Below, piece after piece: positions 9,744 to 20,700 of a stretch of DNA of 64,000 nt. The stretch's first letter is position 1; each line of letters starts with the position of its first letter. Source of the DNA: Trypanosoma brucei (taxonomy: Eukaryota). Under the pieces are notes generated by a model. It saw only the letters and a program-made list of their open reading frames with translations, was not told the origin of the DNA and did not search any database. The stretch lies in the NCBI GenBank assembly GCA_000002445.1, contig CP000069.1, forward strand, positions 800,001 through 864,000, read 5' to 3'. The translations under genes were made by a program, and so were the position numbers.

Positions 9744-10837
9744 GTTTTGGATACGGAATAAACAGCGGGGGATAAAGTGTGAAATTGGTAAGTGTCGAAA
9801 AGGACAGTAAAGGTCGTAGAGGGGGAGATAAATCGTGCAGTAGCTAATTAATTATGCACTCACAGAGAGAGAAAAGGGATAAACGGCGTCGAAAATATAT
9901 GTTGAAGTGCTTATACATGTCTGCAAAAAAAGAAGAGAAAATATATCTGTGTACGCAAGGACGGAGATGGGTGCCAGTGGATGCATATGAAAATGGGACT
10001 ACATCTGTGGATATTTAAAAGAAAATAATAGTGACCTTTGGAGACGAAACTGCCCTGACGCGTTTGTTGGTTGTCCCTTAACCACGAAAGAGAATTGTCA
10101 CATGACAAATAGCTAGCGGGAAAGAAATCGGTAAACTGCTGTTTGGGCAGTGTTGGGAGAAATCAAATTCAAAGGGACAACATAAATTGTACAAATGTGT
10201 TGTTACTCGTTTCATGTTCTGCATATCCTCGTTGCATAGGATAACCATACAAAACTTTTAAAAAGGAAAAGGGGATGGCTAGGAGGGACAAAGAACTGGA
10301 AGGGGAGAGCAGAAGTAGTATGCCGGGAGAGGGGAACAAACAAAAAAAACAAAAAGAAAATTCAAATAAGTGAATTTACCCGTTCGCACAAGAAGAGAGA
10401 TAACCGCGAGTCACATCGTGTGTGGAGATTGATGTGGCAATCTCAGATAATGGAAGAAAGTATACTTATAGGAGAGAATAGGGAAATGATCAGTTAATAA
10501 AGGGGTTCGAATGAGGGAAAGGGGAGGTTTTGAGAGAAAACACGAAACTTCAACACTCCCTTCGCGTAACACCTGCGGTAAACATTAGGGAATTGTCTTT
10601 CGAAGTATACTTATGAGAAACAAGGAAAGACATGGGAAAAGGACCCCTTTCCACAGGCGTTCTTATTTTATTTTATTTTTGTGTGTCGTTGTTCTTGTCA
10701 TTGCCGTTTTTTTCAGCTTCCTGCACCGGAGTGATGTTGATCGCTTCATCTGCATATTCTCATGTCAGTTTGTTCCCACACTTTCCCTCTCCGTGCATCT
10801 TTTCCTGTTACCACGCTGTGCGTTTCACTTCAACCCT

Positions 10838-10935
10838 TACTTTTTAAATTTTATTTTGGTGGAGCTCATTACCTTGTACTTACAATTACTACTACACATC
10901 ATCTTCTTAGTCCACTTTCCTTTCCTACTTCAGCA
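10838..10935 (+). promoter_or_regulatory. polypyrimidine tract plus AG trans-splice acceptor region upstream of SmE
   Basis: About 100-nt pyrimidine-rich run (ctttttaaattttattttggtgg...cctttcctacttcag) ending in AG, about 140 nt upstream of ATG 11073. This is the typical kinetoplastid SL-addition signal. Confidence 0.4.
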
Positions 10936-11072
10936 CTAGCGACTGTTGTGAAGACTTAAAAGGGAAGAAAACACGAGAAGGGATATAAAGAGGAAAGAAG
11001 GAATCCACAAAAGGTTGTGGAAAGAAGTAAATAACAAGCGGGACTGGACGTAAAATAAATAAATAAGATAAA

Positions 11073-11333
11073 ATGAGCGTCACAACAAAGCAGATGGTTA
11101 AGCCGACTGTTGTCGTGCACCGTTACTTAAAAGAGAGTCAACGTGTGTGTGTGTGGCTTGTGCACGAAACTAAGATGAAGATCGAGGGCGTTTTGTTGGG
11201 TTACGATGAGTTTATGAATGTCGTGTTGGGCGACGCGACGGAGGTGCATCTCAAAACCGGAGAGGTTGTTCAATTAGGGAAGATCCTTCTTCGCAGTGAT
11301 AATGTGGGTGTCATTCACCCTATTGGCATATAG
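11073..11333 (+). CDS. SmE: small nuclear ribonucleoprotein Sm-E (Sm fold)
   Basis: 86 aa. Sm1/Sm2 motifs are present. It aligns along its length with metazoan SmE: [65 protein letters not shown] versus human [64 protein letters not shown]. Confidence 0.8.
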   Translation: MSVTTKQMVKPTVVVHRYLKESQRVCVWLVHETKMKIEGVLLGYDEFMNVVLGDATEVHLKTGEVVQLGKILLRSDNVGVIHPIGI

Positions 11334-12580
11334 ACTCGCAGATATGTTATATCTTTTCACGCCACTGAAACCAATACACCAATAACCAAAGAGCGCGTGT
11401 CGTGAAAGGGGAATCTGGGTGCAACAAGGGATAAAATCTAATGAAAGTGCGACGGAGATTTCATATTGTGGTGGTGACGGTGTTTGGAGATAAGTTTGTT
11501 ATTTCACTTTCTGATCTCTAATTTGTCTCTTCCCCCGCTCTGCCCTCACATTTTCTCCTTTCCTTCGTTTTGCATCTGTGAGTGCGAAAGGGGATGGGGG
11601 CTTGCGAAGTCGCCTTTCTTTTATGATTTCTCTAGTTATGGTGCGGTAACTGAAATAATAATGCAACGAGATGCAAAAATGCTTCAGTCACGCTAATGAT
11701 TTTTCTGCTGATGAAAAAATTTTTACACTGCGGTGCACCTTTTTTTTAAAAAAAGAAAAGAATCTTTTTCTGTCACCACAAGCTATGAAGGAAGCAAGAG
11801 GCGGGTAGAGAAGTACCTTCCTTTAGTTGCGGTGTGGGGTAGATTTGTGAGCGCAACTTTTTACTTGCGTGTTTTTTGTTATGCGGTGTTTATTCGTTTT
11901 CGTGTATGGTTTTCTCTATATGCCGCTCCCACTTTGATTGAATTTTTTAATTCTTTTTGTATTCATCCCTCTTGTTTGTGCGCGTGTGGTGCCCTGTTAA
12001 GAAAAAAAGACAGATAAGAAGAATATTTTGTTCTGCTCATGCCGGTGGTTGTCACTTCCGAGAATTAAAACAATATATTAATATATTATAGTAATAACAA
12101 TAATGTTAATAATAAAAATGCATTTCTTCTTTTTCCTTGTTTTCTCTTTGTGCCAGGTATTTAGTTGGTAACATCATGCTCAGTTTATACTTATACGCGC
12201 AATATTTTGTTTAATGCATGCATAAGAATGTACTGTGAATCATTGTGCATCTCTTTTTCCATGGTAGAGGCAGTGGGTGGAGTTGAGCCAGCATGCGCCA
12301 GAAGCGCAATTCCCTTACATCCACAGAACAGGAAACACAATGTTAAATGGAGCAGTTCGGAAGAGTTCATGCGAGTTCAAGGAAGGCCCAGTTGTGTATT
12401 TGACTATGGGTTTAAAATTAAAAAAAAAAGAAATGTGGAAGGGAAAAAATATATGATATGACGGGTTTCTCCTAAATATACGTGCTTGTTCAGCCAATAA
12501 CGTTTATGTGTACGTGTATGCATTTATGTTTTTTTGTTCTACATTAGCTGTGTGCATTTGTTTCATTCACAATAGTACGG

Positions 12581-12650
12581 CTTCCCAACTTTCTCCGATT
12601 TTTTCAGTTACTTTCACTCGGTTTTTCCTCTTCACTTCTTTTTTTTCCTA
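12581..12650 (+). promoter_or_regulatory. polypyrimidine tract / putative trans-splice signal upstream of the RING-C2H2 gene
   Basis: ctttctccgattttttcagttactttcactcggtttttcctcttcacttcttttttttcc. It is followed by several AG dinucleotides before ATG 12991. Confidence 0.35.
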
Positions 12651-12990
12651 ATGATTATATATTGTCTATGTTTTCACGTTTGCTAACCACACAGTAGGCT
12701 TGTAGTAGGAGGGATTGGGGAAGGTTGAAAATTTACCCACAAAATTGAGAAAGAACAAATACATTTGTGACTTGTCTTCGCCGATTTCCGTTCTGTAACC
12801 GGTGTGTTGTTTGGATTATTTTGCGTTTGTGCGCTCCTTCTTGATTTGTTTGGTTGAGTGTTGAACAGCAGTTTAGTGGGAAGGGGCGGGCTGAGCAGTG
12901 CAATAACAGCGGCACGAATAAGGAATCATAATACTAATAATTACAATACTGATAACATTAATCACAGTAAACGAGGTGCAGTGATCTGAG

Positions 12991-15276
12991 ATGTCAGTTA
13001 CCGTTGAAGGTGCTCATGTGGAATGCCTGATATGTGCCTCACCATGTGAAGCGTTGGTGTTGTTTCAGTGCGGCCATTACGTCTGTTATATTTGTGGTCT
13101 GCACATTCACTCACTGGATAACGGCGGTTGCCCAATGTGCAGGGAATGCGGACCCGTTCTTGTCACACGCGATATCCCCGGTGGACTTAACCCCGGTCAA
13201 GATAAGGTGAGTGCGGAGGTTATCCGTCAGTTGACCGACGAATCGATAGTTGATAGTGTCCTTCAGTGCAAAGTGCATGGTAGGGTGTTAGCGCAAGAGT
13301 TGAAAAAGTTATACGAGTTTGTCTGCCCTGTTCCCAAGTGTTGGCGCAGAGGTGAACAGGAACCTTTTTGCGAACAACATCATTTACATGCGCACTTGAA
13401 ATATGACCATGAAGTAAGCTATTGCCCTATTTGCCTCCAACATCGCTCTGTATTCCTTGCTGAGCAGATGGTTTACTCCCCCGAGGCACTTTGTTTACAC
13501 ATGGTGGGGGAATACGAACACGATCCGGCATCATTTCTTGGTCACCCGCCTTGCCGCTTTTGCAAAGGCATGCATATGTACGATGAGGACCATTTACTAA
13601 AACACATGCGGGAAAGACACTTCACGTGTGATATTTGTAACCGTGGAGAATTTCGCTTTACTTATTACGAGAACCGTGGAAAGCTGCTGATGCACTTTAA
13701 GCAAGCGCACAAAATATGCGATCATAAGCAGTGCTCCGAACTTGACCCAATGATGCGGGTGTTTGCCTCAGATTTGGACCTCGCTGTGCATAAGCAGCGC
13801 GTGCATGGAATTCGCTCGCGCCTTACCATGTCTCCTGGCGCAGGTCCGGATAGTGTCCCAGTAAATCCTGCGGTTCCGGCAACTGGAACTAACGCAAATG
13901 CTGTTCACATTATTTTTGACCACATAAATAGGCAAGAAACCTTGACGTTGGTCCCATCTAGGGAAGAGGAAAGTAAAAATCAGAGGCGGTCTTTCGGTGG
14001 CAGTGGTAAAAACAAGAAGGGCAGGAAAATTTTTGTTGATATTGCTCCACATAACGTTACAGGGCTTCCTCAACACTTTAGGTCAAAAAATATTCTTGCA
14101 CCGATTCTATACAGGGGTACGGAGGGGACATCTTCAGATGAACAACGTGAAACATCTGTGAGTGGCCAAGTGACGCAGTTGCTGACAAGAGCATTCGGTG
14201 TCACGGAGAGTGAAGAAACGTACAACAACAAAAACAATGTACCGTTAAATCCTGAGGAGCAGAAGCGTAAACTTACCGATGCCATTCAGGAAGAATTGAA
14301 AGACCAGCGTCGGATAACGCAGCTTCACTGCTGCACCGCTGACTTCATCGATGGGAAAATGCTCACAACGGAGTATTACAACCAACTTCGGACTCAATTC
14401 TTTATAACAGATGAGTCCTTTAAGGCCGTATTTCCACTCCTGGTCGCAACAATGCCGGTAACTGACAAGCGGGATGCGTTGATTCACGTCGATAAGATGC
14501 GAAATGCTCCCGAAATGAGGCAGGCTCGTCGGGCCCGAGAAGAGATGAAGAAAGAGGAAACGGAGGAAGAGCAAGTGAATAAGCAGAAAAATATAGGGCG
14601 CAACAATCAACAGTGGCCCAACCGTCCTGGCAACAAGAACAATAACAACAATAGGAATAAAAAGGGGCCGCCGAACGTATGGATGGAGAGGGCCAAGCGA
14701 GCTGAGGCTGACGCGCAGAATAACAGGTCTCTAGCGGCTAGTAGCGCTGCCGCACTTGTTTCCGGTGTCGGTAATGCAAGTAACAACAACAACAATAATA
14801 ATAATAATAACAATAATGATACTTCTATTACTTCTTCTTCTCAAGAGGTCGTTTCTCTCATTGCGGGGTCAACGTGGGGAGCTGCTCGTCAGCAGCGAGG
14901 TGGGGCCCCGGGGCGTCAGGCGACTGAAGCGCCCGCTCGACCATCATCAGGAGGTGCCTTCATTAATGCCGAGGATTTTCCGGCACTTCCTACAGTAGCG
15001 ACCCGCAGGGTTCCCCCAAGTGTGCGAACAAAGCGGAGCAACCAGCTGAATGCGTGGCACCTCCCGATCGTAGAGAAGTGCGGTGCAGTTTCCATCGCTT
15101 TTCCCTTTTTCTCTTTTTTCCCCCTTTTTACTATCGTGCACATGTTGAGCAACTACGGGTATTTTGGAAAGGAGTTACTGTGGTTTGCAGAGGGCTCGAA
15201 AACCGTGCTACTGTTCATTTGTCTTTGGTCCTCTTTTTACGCACTTTCAGTCAATTGTTTGTTGCTTTCAGCATGA
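12991..15276 (+). CDS. ZNF598/Hel2-like E3 ubiquitin ligase (N-terminal C3HC4 RING followed by C2H2-type zinc fingers), with Asn-rich low-complexity C-terminal half
   Basis: RING: CLICASPCEALVLFQCGHYVCYICGLHIHSLDNGGCPMCR. Multiple C2H2-like units follow (CPVPKCWRR...HHLHAHLKYDH; CPICLQH; CRFCKGMHMYDEDHLLKHMRERH; FTCDICNRGEF...HFKQAH; CDHKQC...HKQRVH). This is the same architecture as ZNF598/Hel2. Poly-N runs encoded by (AAC/AAT)n. Confidence 0.7.
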   Translation: MSVTVEGAHVECLICASPCEALVLFQCGHYVCYICGLHIHSLDNGGCPMCRECGPVLVTRDIPGGLNPGQDKVSAEVIRQLTDESIVDSVLQCKVHGRVLAQELKKLYEFVCPVPKCWRRGEQEPFCEQHHLHAHLKYDHEVSYCPICLQHRSVFLAEQMVYSPEALCLHMVGEYEHDPASFLGHPPCRFCKGMHMYDEDHLLKHMRERHFTCDICNRGEFRFTYYENRGKLLMHFKQAHKICDHKQCSELDPMMRVFASDLDLAVHKQRVHGIRSRLTMSPGAGPDSVPVNPAVPATGTNANAVHIIFDHINRQETLTLVPSREEESKNQRRSFGGSGKNKKGRKIFVDIAPHNVTGLPQHFRSKNILAPILYRGTEGTSSDEQRETSVSGQVTQLLTRAFGVTESEETYNNKNNVPLNPEEQKRKLTDAIQEELKDQRRITQLHCCTADFIDGKMLTTEYYNQLRTQFFITDESFKAVFPLLVATMPVTDKRDALIHVDKMRNAPEMRQARRAREEMKKEETEEEQVNKQKNIGRNNQQWPNRPGNKNNNNNRNKKGPPNVWMERAKRAEADAQNNRSLAASSAAALVSGVGNASNNNNNNNNNNNNDTSITSSSQEVVSLIAGSTWGAARQQRGGAPGRQATEAPARPSSGGAFINAEDFPALPTVATRRVPPSVRTKRSNQLNAWHLPIVEKCGAVSIAFPFFSFFPLFTIVHMLSNYGYFGKELLWFAEGSKTVLLFICLWSSFYALSVNCLLLSA
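14782..14818 (+). repeat. in-frame (AAC/AAT)n microsatellite encoding poly-Asn (N12+) inside the RING-C2H2 gene
   Basis: aacaacaacaacaataataataataataacaataat, translated NNNNNNNNNNNN. A second shorter N-run lies at about 14637-14665. Confidence 0.9.
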
Positions 15277-15952
15277 CTTGAGGGAAATGGGACGAGAAGC
15301 GGATTACGTCGTAGCATGAGGAAGAAATAGATGTGGATGGGAGTGTTATGAAAGGAATCAGTAAGGAAAACAAAAGCAGAACAACAACAAATAGGGTAAA
15401 AAGAGATGATGAAAACGAGGAAATGGATGCATGCGAGTGAGTGAATGCGCGTCCGCGTGCCGAAGGGAAAGTACTTCTTTAGAGGGAAGTTCTCTCTTCG
15501 GTTTAATCTTCATTTTGCCTCGACATTGGTTTACGTGCACATTATGGGAAGCCTTTGCATATACCCTGGACAGTGTTCCCCACTCCGCACACAATCTGAT
15601 TTTCTACTGCTGCTACAGCTTCTTCTTATGTTCAGTAGTGCACCCCCTGATTTTTTTTTATGCATGTCACCTTTTCTTTGTTCGCCAACTGGAGGGTATA
15701 TTGTTCCCAACACCTGCTGTGAAGTTTCTATTTCTCTTTCGAAAACACACCTCTTTATTTATTTTTAACTGTTACCACCATTGTGTTAATGCTGCTTCTA
15801 CATGTTTGACTTACCTTTCGGTTTCTCCTCTGCTTATTCTTTATTTGTATGCGAACCTCATAAAAGGGAACGGTGGCGCCGGGAAGCTGCGGCACAAACA
15901 AAACATCGAATAGCTAAAAATAAAAACAAGCGACGAGTTTAGAGAATTAAAT

Positions 15953-17032
15953 ATGCCGCACTCCATGGACACCACACTCTTCAGCGATGAAAATCGCATT
16001 GATCGCGGTGATTCCCTTCTTTTCCATTGCGTGCAGCTCTCGCAGGGTGGGACGGACTCACATCGCTATTTCTTTGGGTGTTATTTCCCGCGCTGGCGTG
16101 GCTTCTACATGGATGAGGCGCGTGAACTTCCTGGCCCGCTTGGTTATAATGTCACGCGGCACTTCCCCGCTTTCCCTTTTGATGTGTATTTGAAGGATGA
16201 TGGGGAACACTTTCTCACTGATGACTTCCAGATAGGCTCCATCTTTACTCTTGGTGGTCCCTTAAATCAGCGTGATGATGGGCAGAAACGCTACAAAGTG
16301 GTGCACTGCGATGACAGCCAATTACGCACACGCACTGGGAAGACACTTGCATTCATTGGAAATAATGTATCAGGTTTACTCCAACAGACACACCGAGTGT
16401 CAGGGGAGGCGATTGATGCGTTGAAACGCATCAGAGAGGCGTATATTTTCAATGTCGGAAACGGGATCCCAGAGGTAGGCATTAAAGCTATGGGAAGGCA
16501 CTTCCGTAAGGTGGGAAGTGATGGAAGGCGGTGGATGTCATATGAAGGTATTGTGAGGTTCGTAAAGGATTCACGTAATTTCAATGCAACACTTTCTTTT
16601 TCTGATACACAGCGAACGGAAGAGGATGTAAATACCGTTGCAACATGTATTTATAACGCATTCCCCAAAAACGAAGAAGAATGTATTGACTATGACTTCT
16701 TTATGGATTACGTTCGCGGTCCAATGAGCCAGGAGCGGAAAGATGCTGTGTGGAATATATTCCGTCGGATGGACTATGACAGGGACGGAAACTTAAACAT
16801 CATAGACATCCAAGCCTGCTACAATACGCAGGACCATCCGACTTGTTCCGTAGATCATCTGTTTCAGTCAGATAAAATGCTGAAGGGGTTTCTGACTATC
16901 TGGGATGAAAATGAGCGATGCGGTTTGGTTCCTTATGCAGAGTTTTTAGACTACTACAACGGTGTGAGTGCTGTACTCGAGGACGATAAAGTTTTTTTCG
17001 ACGTTCTCAATAATCAATGGAAACTTTTGTAA
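15953..17032 (+). CDS. EF-hand calcium-binding protein, calcyphosine-like
   Basis: EF-hand loop DYDRDGNLNIID. The C-terminal AEFLDYYNGVSAVLEDDKVFFDVLNNQWK matches the calcyphosine C-terminal signature (..FQDYYSGVSASM..DEEFVAMM.SAW). Further degenerate EF-hand pairs lie upstream. ATG at 15953. Confidence 0.75.
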   Translation: MPHSMDTTLFSDENRIDRGDSLLFHCVQLSQGGTDSHRYFFGCYFPRWRGFYMDEARELPGPLGYNVTRHFPAFPFDVYLKDDGEHFLTDDFQIGSIFTLGGPLNQRDDGQKRYKVVHCDDSQLRTRTGKTLAFIGNNVSGLLQQTHRVSGEAIDALKRIREAYIFNVGNGIPEVGIKAMGRHFRKVGSDGRRWMSYEGIVRFVKDSRNFNATLSFSDTQRTEEDVNTVATCIYNAFPKNEEECIDYDFFMDYVRGPMSQERKDAVWNIFRRMDYDRDGNLNIIDIQACYNTQDHPTCSVDHLFQSDKMLKGFLTIWDENERCGLVPYAEFLDYYNGVSAVLEDDKVFFDVLNNQWKLL

Positions 17033-17623
17033 GGTGACATTTTGAGAAGAGAAGAGAAGAAGTGATGCATGCAGGTGTGTGCGTTTCAAATTGCCCATGT
17101 TGTTCCCTTCTTTTTCCTTACACAAGATTCCTCTCTTGCACATGCATTTGTGTACACGTCGGGTGTTATGTACAAGAGGATTGTGCGGCCTGTTAGGAGT
17201 AGCCTCATATAAATGTTATTGTTGAATCTTATGGTCGTTTTACTTCATCTTTACTCCCTTTTCCCCTCTTTTTCCCTCCTTACTTTCTTTCGAATTGTGA
17301 TTTTCATCCCTTTGATCTTTCTTTTTTTTTTCCCCCTCCTTTGTAAACGAAAAATGGTTAAGGTGTATGGAAAGGTGTCCAATGCGAGGGGTTGTGACAA
17401 CGAAGAAAGGAAAACAACACATGAGGGAGGGAATATCATCATTTTGGAGGTGAAGGCACTTGTGCTCTTCTTGTTACGTTTAGATAGTAAATTTTGCAGC
17501 TCCAACATTTTGGTTTTTCTTATTTATGTGAAATGATGTGTTACCGGTCTCTACAAAAAGTTTTCACATTCATTTTCTTCCACTGGTTTCTGTTTAATAC
17601 CGAAGCTTCCCCCCTCCGTGCTT

Positions 17624-17643
17624 TATATATATATATATATATA
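17624..17643. repeat. (TA)10 microsatellite in the 5' intergenic/UTR region of the giant ORF
   Basis: tatatatatatatatatata. It is read through by the track's TTG-initiated ORF 17494, giving an implausible YIYIYIDIY peptide. It is taken as non-coding. Confidence 0.9.
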
Positions 17644-17709
17644 GATATTTATTCAACCGCACGTGACGCTGACGTTCACCTCATAGTACATAGTTTAGAT
17701 CTGATCATT

Positions 17710-20700
17710 ATGGCAGGGCGGCTCTTCACTGCTGTCCCTCGTCACACAGCAGATCCCACTAACAGTGATTGGCTGCAAGCTTGCTATTTCGTTGTTCTTG
17801 AGCACCCCCTCGTTTGCATTGATGCTACATTACGAGGTAGAATCACTCCATTAACAGAGCAATTTCTGCGGAGCGCGGAGGGGGTGTCGGAACCCTCCGA
17901 CGATGCCACCAATCTAAAAGAAGAGCACGTCAATGGAACAGGTGGAAGCAGTGTAAAGGAAATGCGATTTGTAGTTATAACGGTAGATAACGTATCGGGG
18001 CAACTCCTCCACACAGGCGTTCCGGGAAAGGACTTGTTTATGTCGATGCGGGAGGCGGTTAGTGCGATTCCTGCACTTTGTCCGAGCACGCCGGAACAGT
18101 ATGAGGTGTTTACTATCCTTGAATTTGTTGCTTTTGCGGGGGCGTGTTTGACAGAGGATAGGTTATACATGCTGTTCGTTGAAACCGGACGTTTGCTAAC
18201 TGATGATAAGTCGTGCATTGTTACAGATTCGGGAAGCAAACCGCAACGAGTTTTGCCCGTTATTTCTGTCGAGAGAGCACGATGGTACACTGTTCCTCTA
18301 AGGGTGGCAGTTCCCGCACTTCAGCAACCGCTGGGAGGCGAGGATTTGCAATCGTGGGTATTGGGGCCTTCTGGAGGTCTAAGAGATGACTCTGCGATGG
18401 CCATGTCGTCTTCATTCAGGCAGTCATACTTATTCTTTACCCCGGGTATTGATGTTTCACACTGTAGCATATTTGAAGAGGCAACGCGTGTTTGTGGTGC
18501 CTGTAGCGATGAAGAAAATGGTGACGTTGGTAATAGTTCTCCGAACGTTTGCCCGGGGGGTCTGGATGGCTCGACTGACAGTTCTGCTTTAGCCGCCAGG
18601 GTTATGAGTTTCCTTCCATTGCCACCTCCCAGTACGGGTCGGGAGGCGCTTGGGCGCTGCGATTGCCTGTGGAACGAGGAACTGATCGCCTTCTGCGATA
18701 TCTTTGGGCTCGCCGATTGTTGCTGCCGCCTAGCTCTTGGATCTTTTAACGCCTCCACATTAGTGGTTCCGCAAACAGCTCCACATGTGGCTCTCCTTCT
18801 TGTGCGGTTGAGCAGACTTGCGCTACCTGGTTGCTTCAATGATTGTTCTGGTAAATCCGCTAAAACTGCTTTCCAAATGCGGGAGTACACTTCAGCACAT
18901 GAAGCAGAGTTTCAGTTGCTGTTACTACCAGATATGAAGTTGCATGACTCCAAAGTTGATGATAATCTTGTTAATTCTCTTCCCTCATTGATATGGCGAC
19001 GTGGTGGTGACTTTGCTGGTCACGAGGATATTATTCAACAAAAACAACGCATTGATTTCTGTACGGCGAGGGGAATGGATCCTCTCCCCATAGGGGAAGA
19101 CTATGTTGCCGCCATTTTCTCCAGTTATCAGCAACGCTACGGGATGGGGACGAAAATTGCCCTAATGCATGCAGGGTGTTGGGCATTGATAGGGTCGGCC
19201 CCTCCACACAATACAACCAAGGGTGGTGCTGCCGTAAATACAAGCGTGAACGGCTCGCGTGAGTCATCGAAACGACGGACCGACAGTCAAAGGGGGTTAA
19301 CACCAGCATCATGCTATAGCGTTTACGCGTCCGAAACACATCACTGTGATGCGATAACCAACGAGTTGCAAGGAAGATTACAGTCACTAGCTTCGCACAT
19401 CAAATCCCATAGCCTTCGTCCTGCCGTTTTCGTTGGCGCGATCAATTCGTGGGCTACTTGTCTTCATTGTGTGCCTGAAAAAGGTAGTGCTGTTGATGCT
19501 CTGTGGAGCAGAGAGTGTATTCGTAGTTACAATGGTATTTCCTGTGGAGGGACGACAGCGGGGTCTTCGGGAGTACCGGGACCCATTATACCACGTATTT
19601 GTGTGAGCAATAGTGGTGAAGTTAGTGCAGCGGCATCTGCCGTTGTTTCACTGATCCTAGTTACTGTGTGGTTGTTCAATCAGTTTTTTGAAAGTCAACC
19701 AAATGCGAAATTGCTTCAGAGACACAAATTATTGACAAGAAAAATCATGGATTTAGTGGTCAATTCAGCCGCTGGCTTGAAGCAAGTGGGGGATTCGTGT
19801 GGCCACGAGGAAATGATTACTTTATTACGCGAATGTCTTTTTCAGGTTGTTGGCGCGGTACCTGTGTCGTGTACTCTTACTATTTGGGAGACAGCGCGGA
19901 ACATGGTTTTTCTCTACCGCGCGAATGGAGACCGTAGTTCTCCCAGCGATTTTACTAGCACAAAGAAGGGAATATTTCGTCCTTCAGTTGTTTCGCGTAG
20001 AGTAATACTAAACAATCCCTTTCACTCGTTTATCATGAACTTATTTCCTCCTGCCGGTGGGTTCTATCAGCGTGAATTCGCCAGACACCGGACGCGCCTC
20101 TTGACACACGTGGCAGGACAATCCTACATTATCGGTGCCCAGTTCATGTTTCACACAGCTGAGTCAGACACTTCCTCTAGAGTAGTCAGTGAAGCGAACG
20201 CGGACTGGGGTGGAAATGAGCGCACTACTTTTGCTTCAAGGCAGCGATACTTGTCTAATCCGCCACTATCTGATGATGATGAAGCAACTAGCAGTTACTC
20301 TACAAATACTGGCGGAGTACCTACGCCAACCTTACGTATGCTTCAAGGTCTTGTTCATCCTTTATCGCAACCTCTACTAGTACCGTTGCGTATTGCAGCT
20401 GTGGAACTCACCATCGCATTACCGACGGTATCATACATTACGCATGTGGCGATTCGAGTCGCAGATGCTTTGCAGCGGGAACCTTTTGCAGGGGCGTTGA
20501 CACTATCCCTGCATTCCTCCTGTTATGTTGGACAGGAGCACGAACGCCTCGTCTTGGACGATGTTCCACTCCCGTTGTGCAGGGGTAGTAATGCCTCAGC
20601 GCACGCAGGACCTCATCTGATTTTCTATGAACTACCTCGTCCGAGCTGTGAATCAGTGCCCTTCTCCGTGCTGAATGAGGCTCGCGTAGTTGCGGATGGA

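Noticed and set aside
10504-10512. tRNA-like T-loop word GGTTCGAAT
   Set aside because: The flanking sequence (aaagggg / gagggaa) cannot form the 5-bp T-stem (G53 would oppose G61). No acceptor, D or anticodon arm context is present. It is a chance match.
18321-18890. Minus-strand ORFs of 150-195 aa antisense to the large + genes (for example 18321..18890, 17784..18290, 28260..28799, 40161..40748, 37022..37564)
   Set aside because: They are fully embedded antisense to strongly supported + strand genes, have no recognisable motifs, and several rely on non-ATG starts. They are typical chance antisense ORFs in GC-balanced coding DNA.
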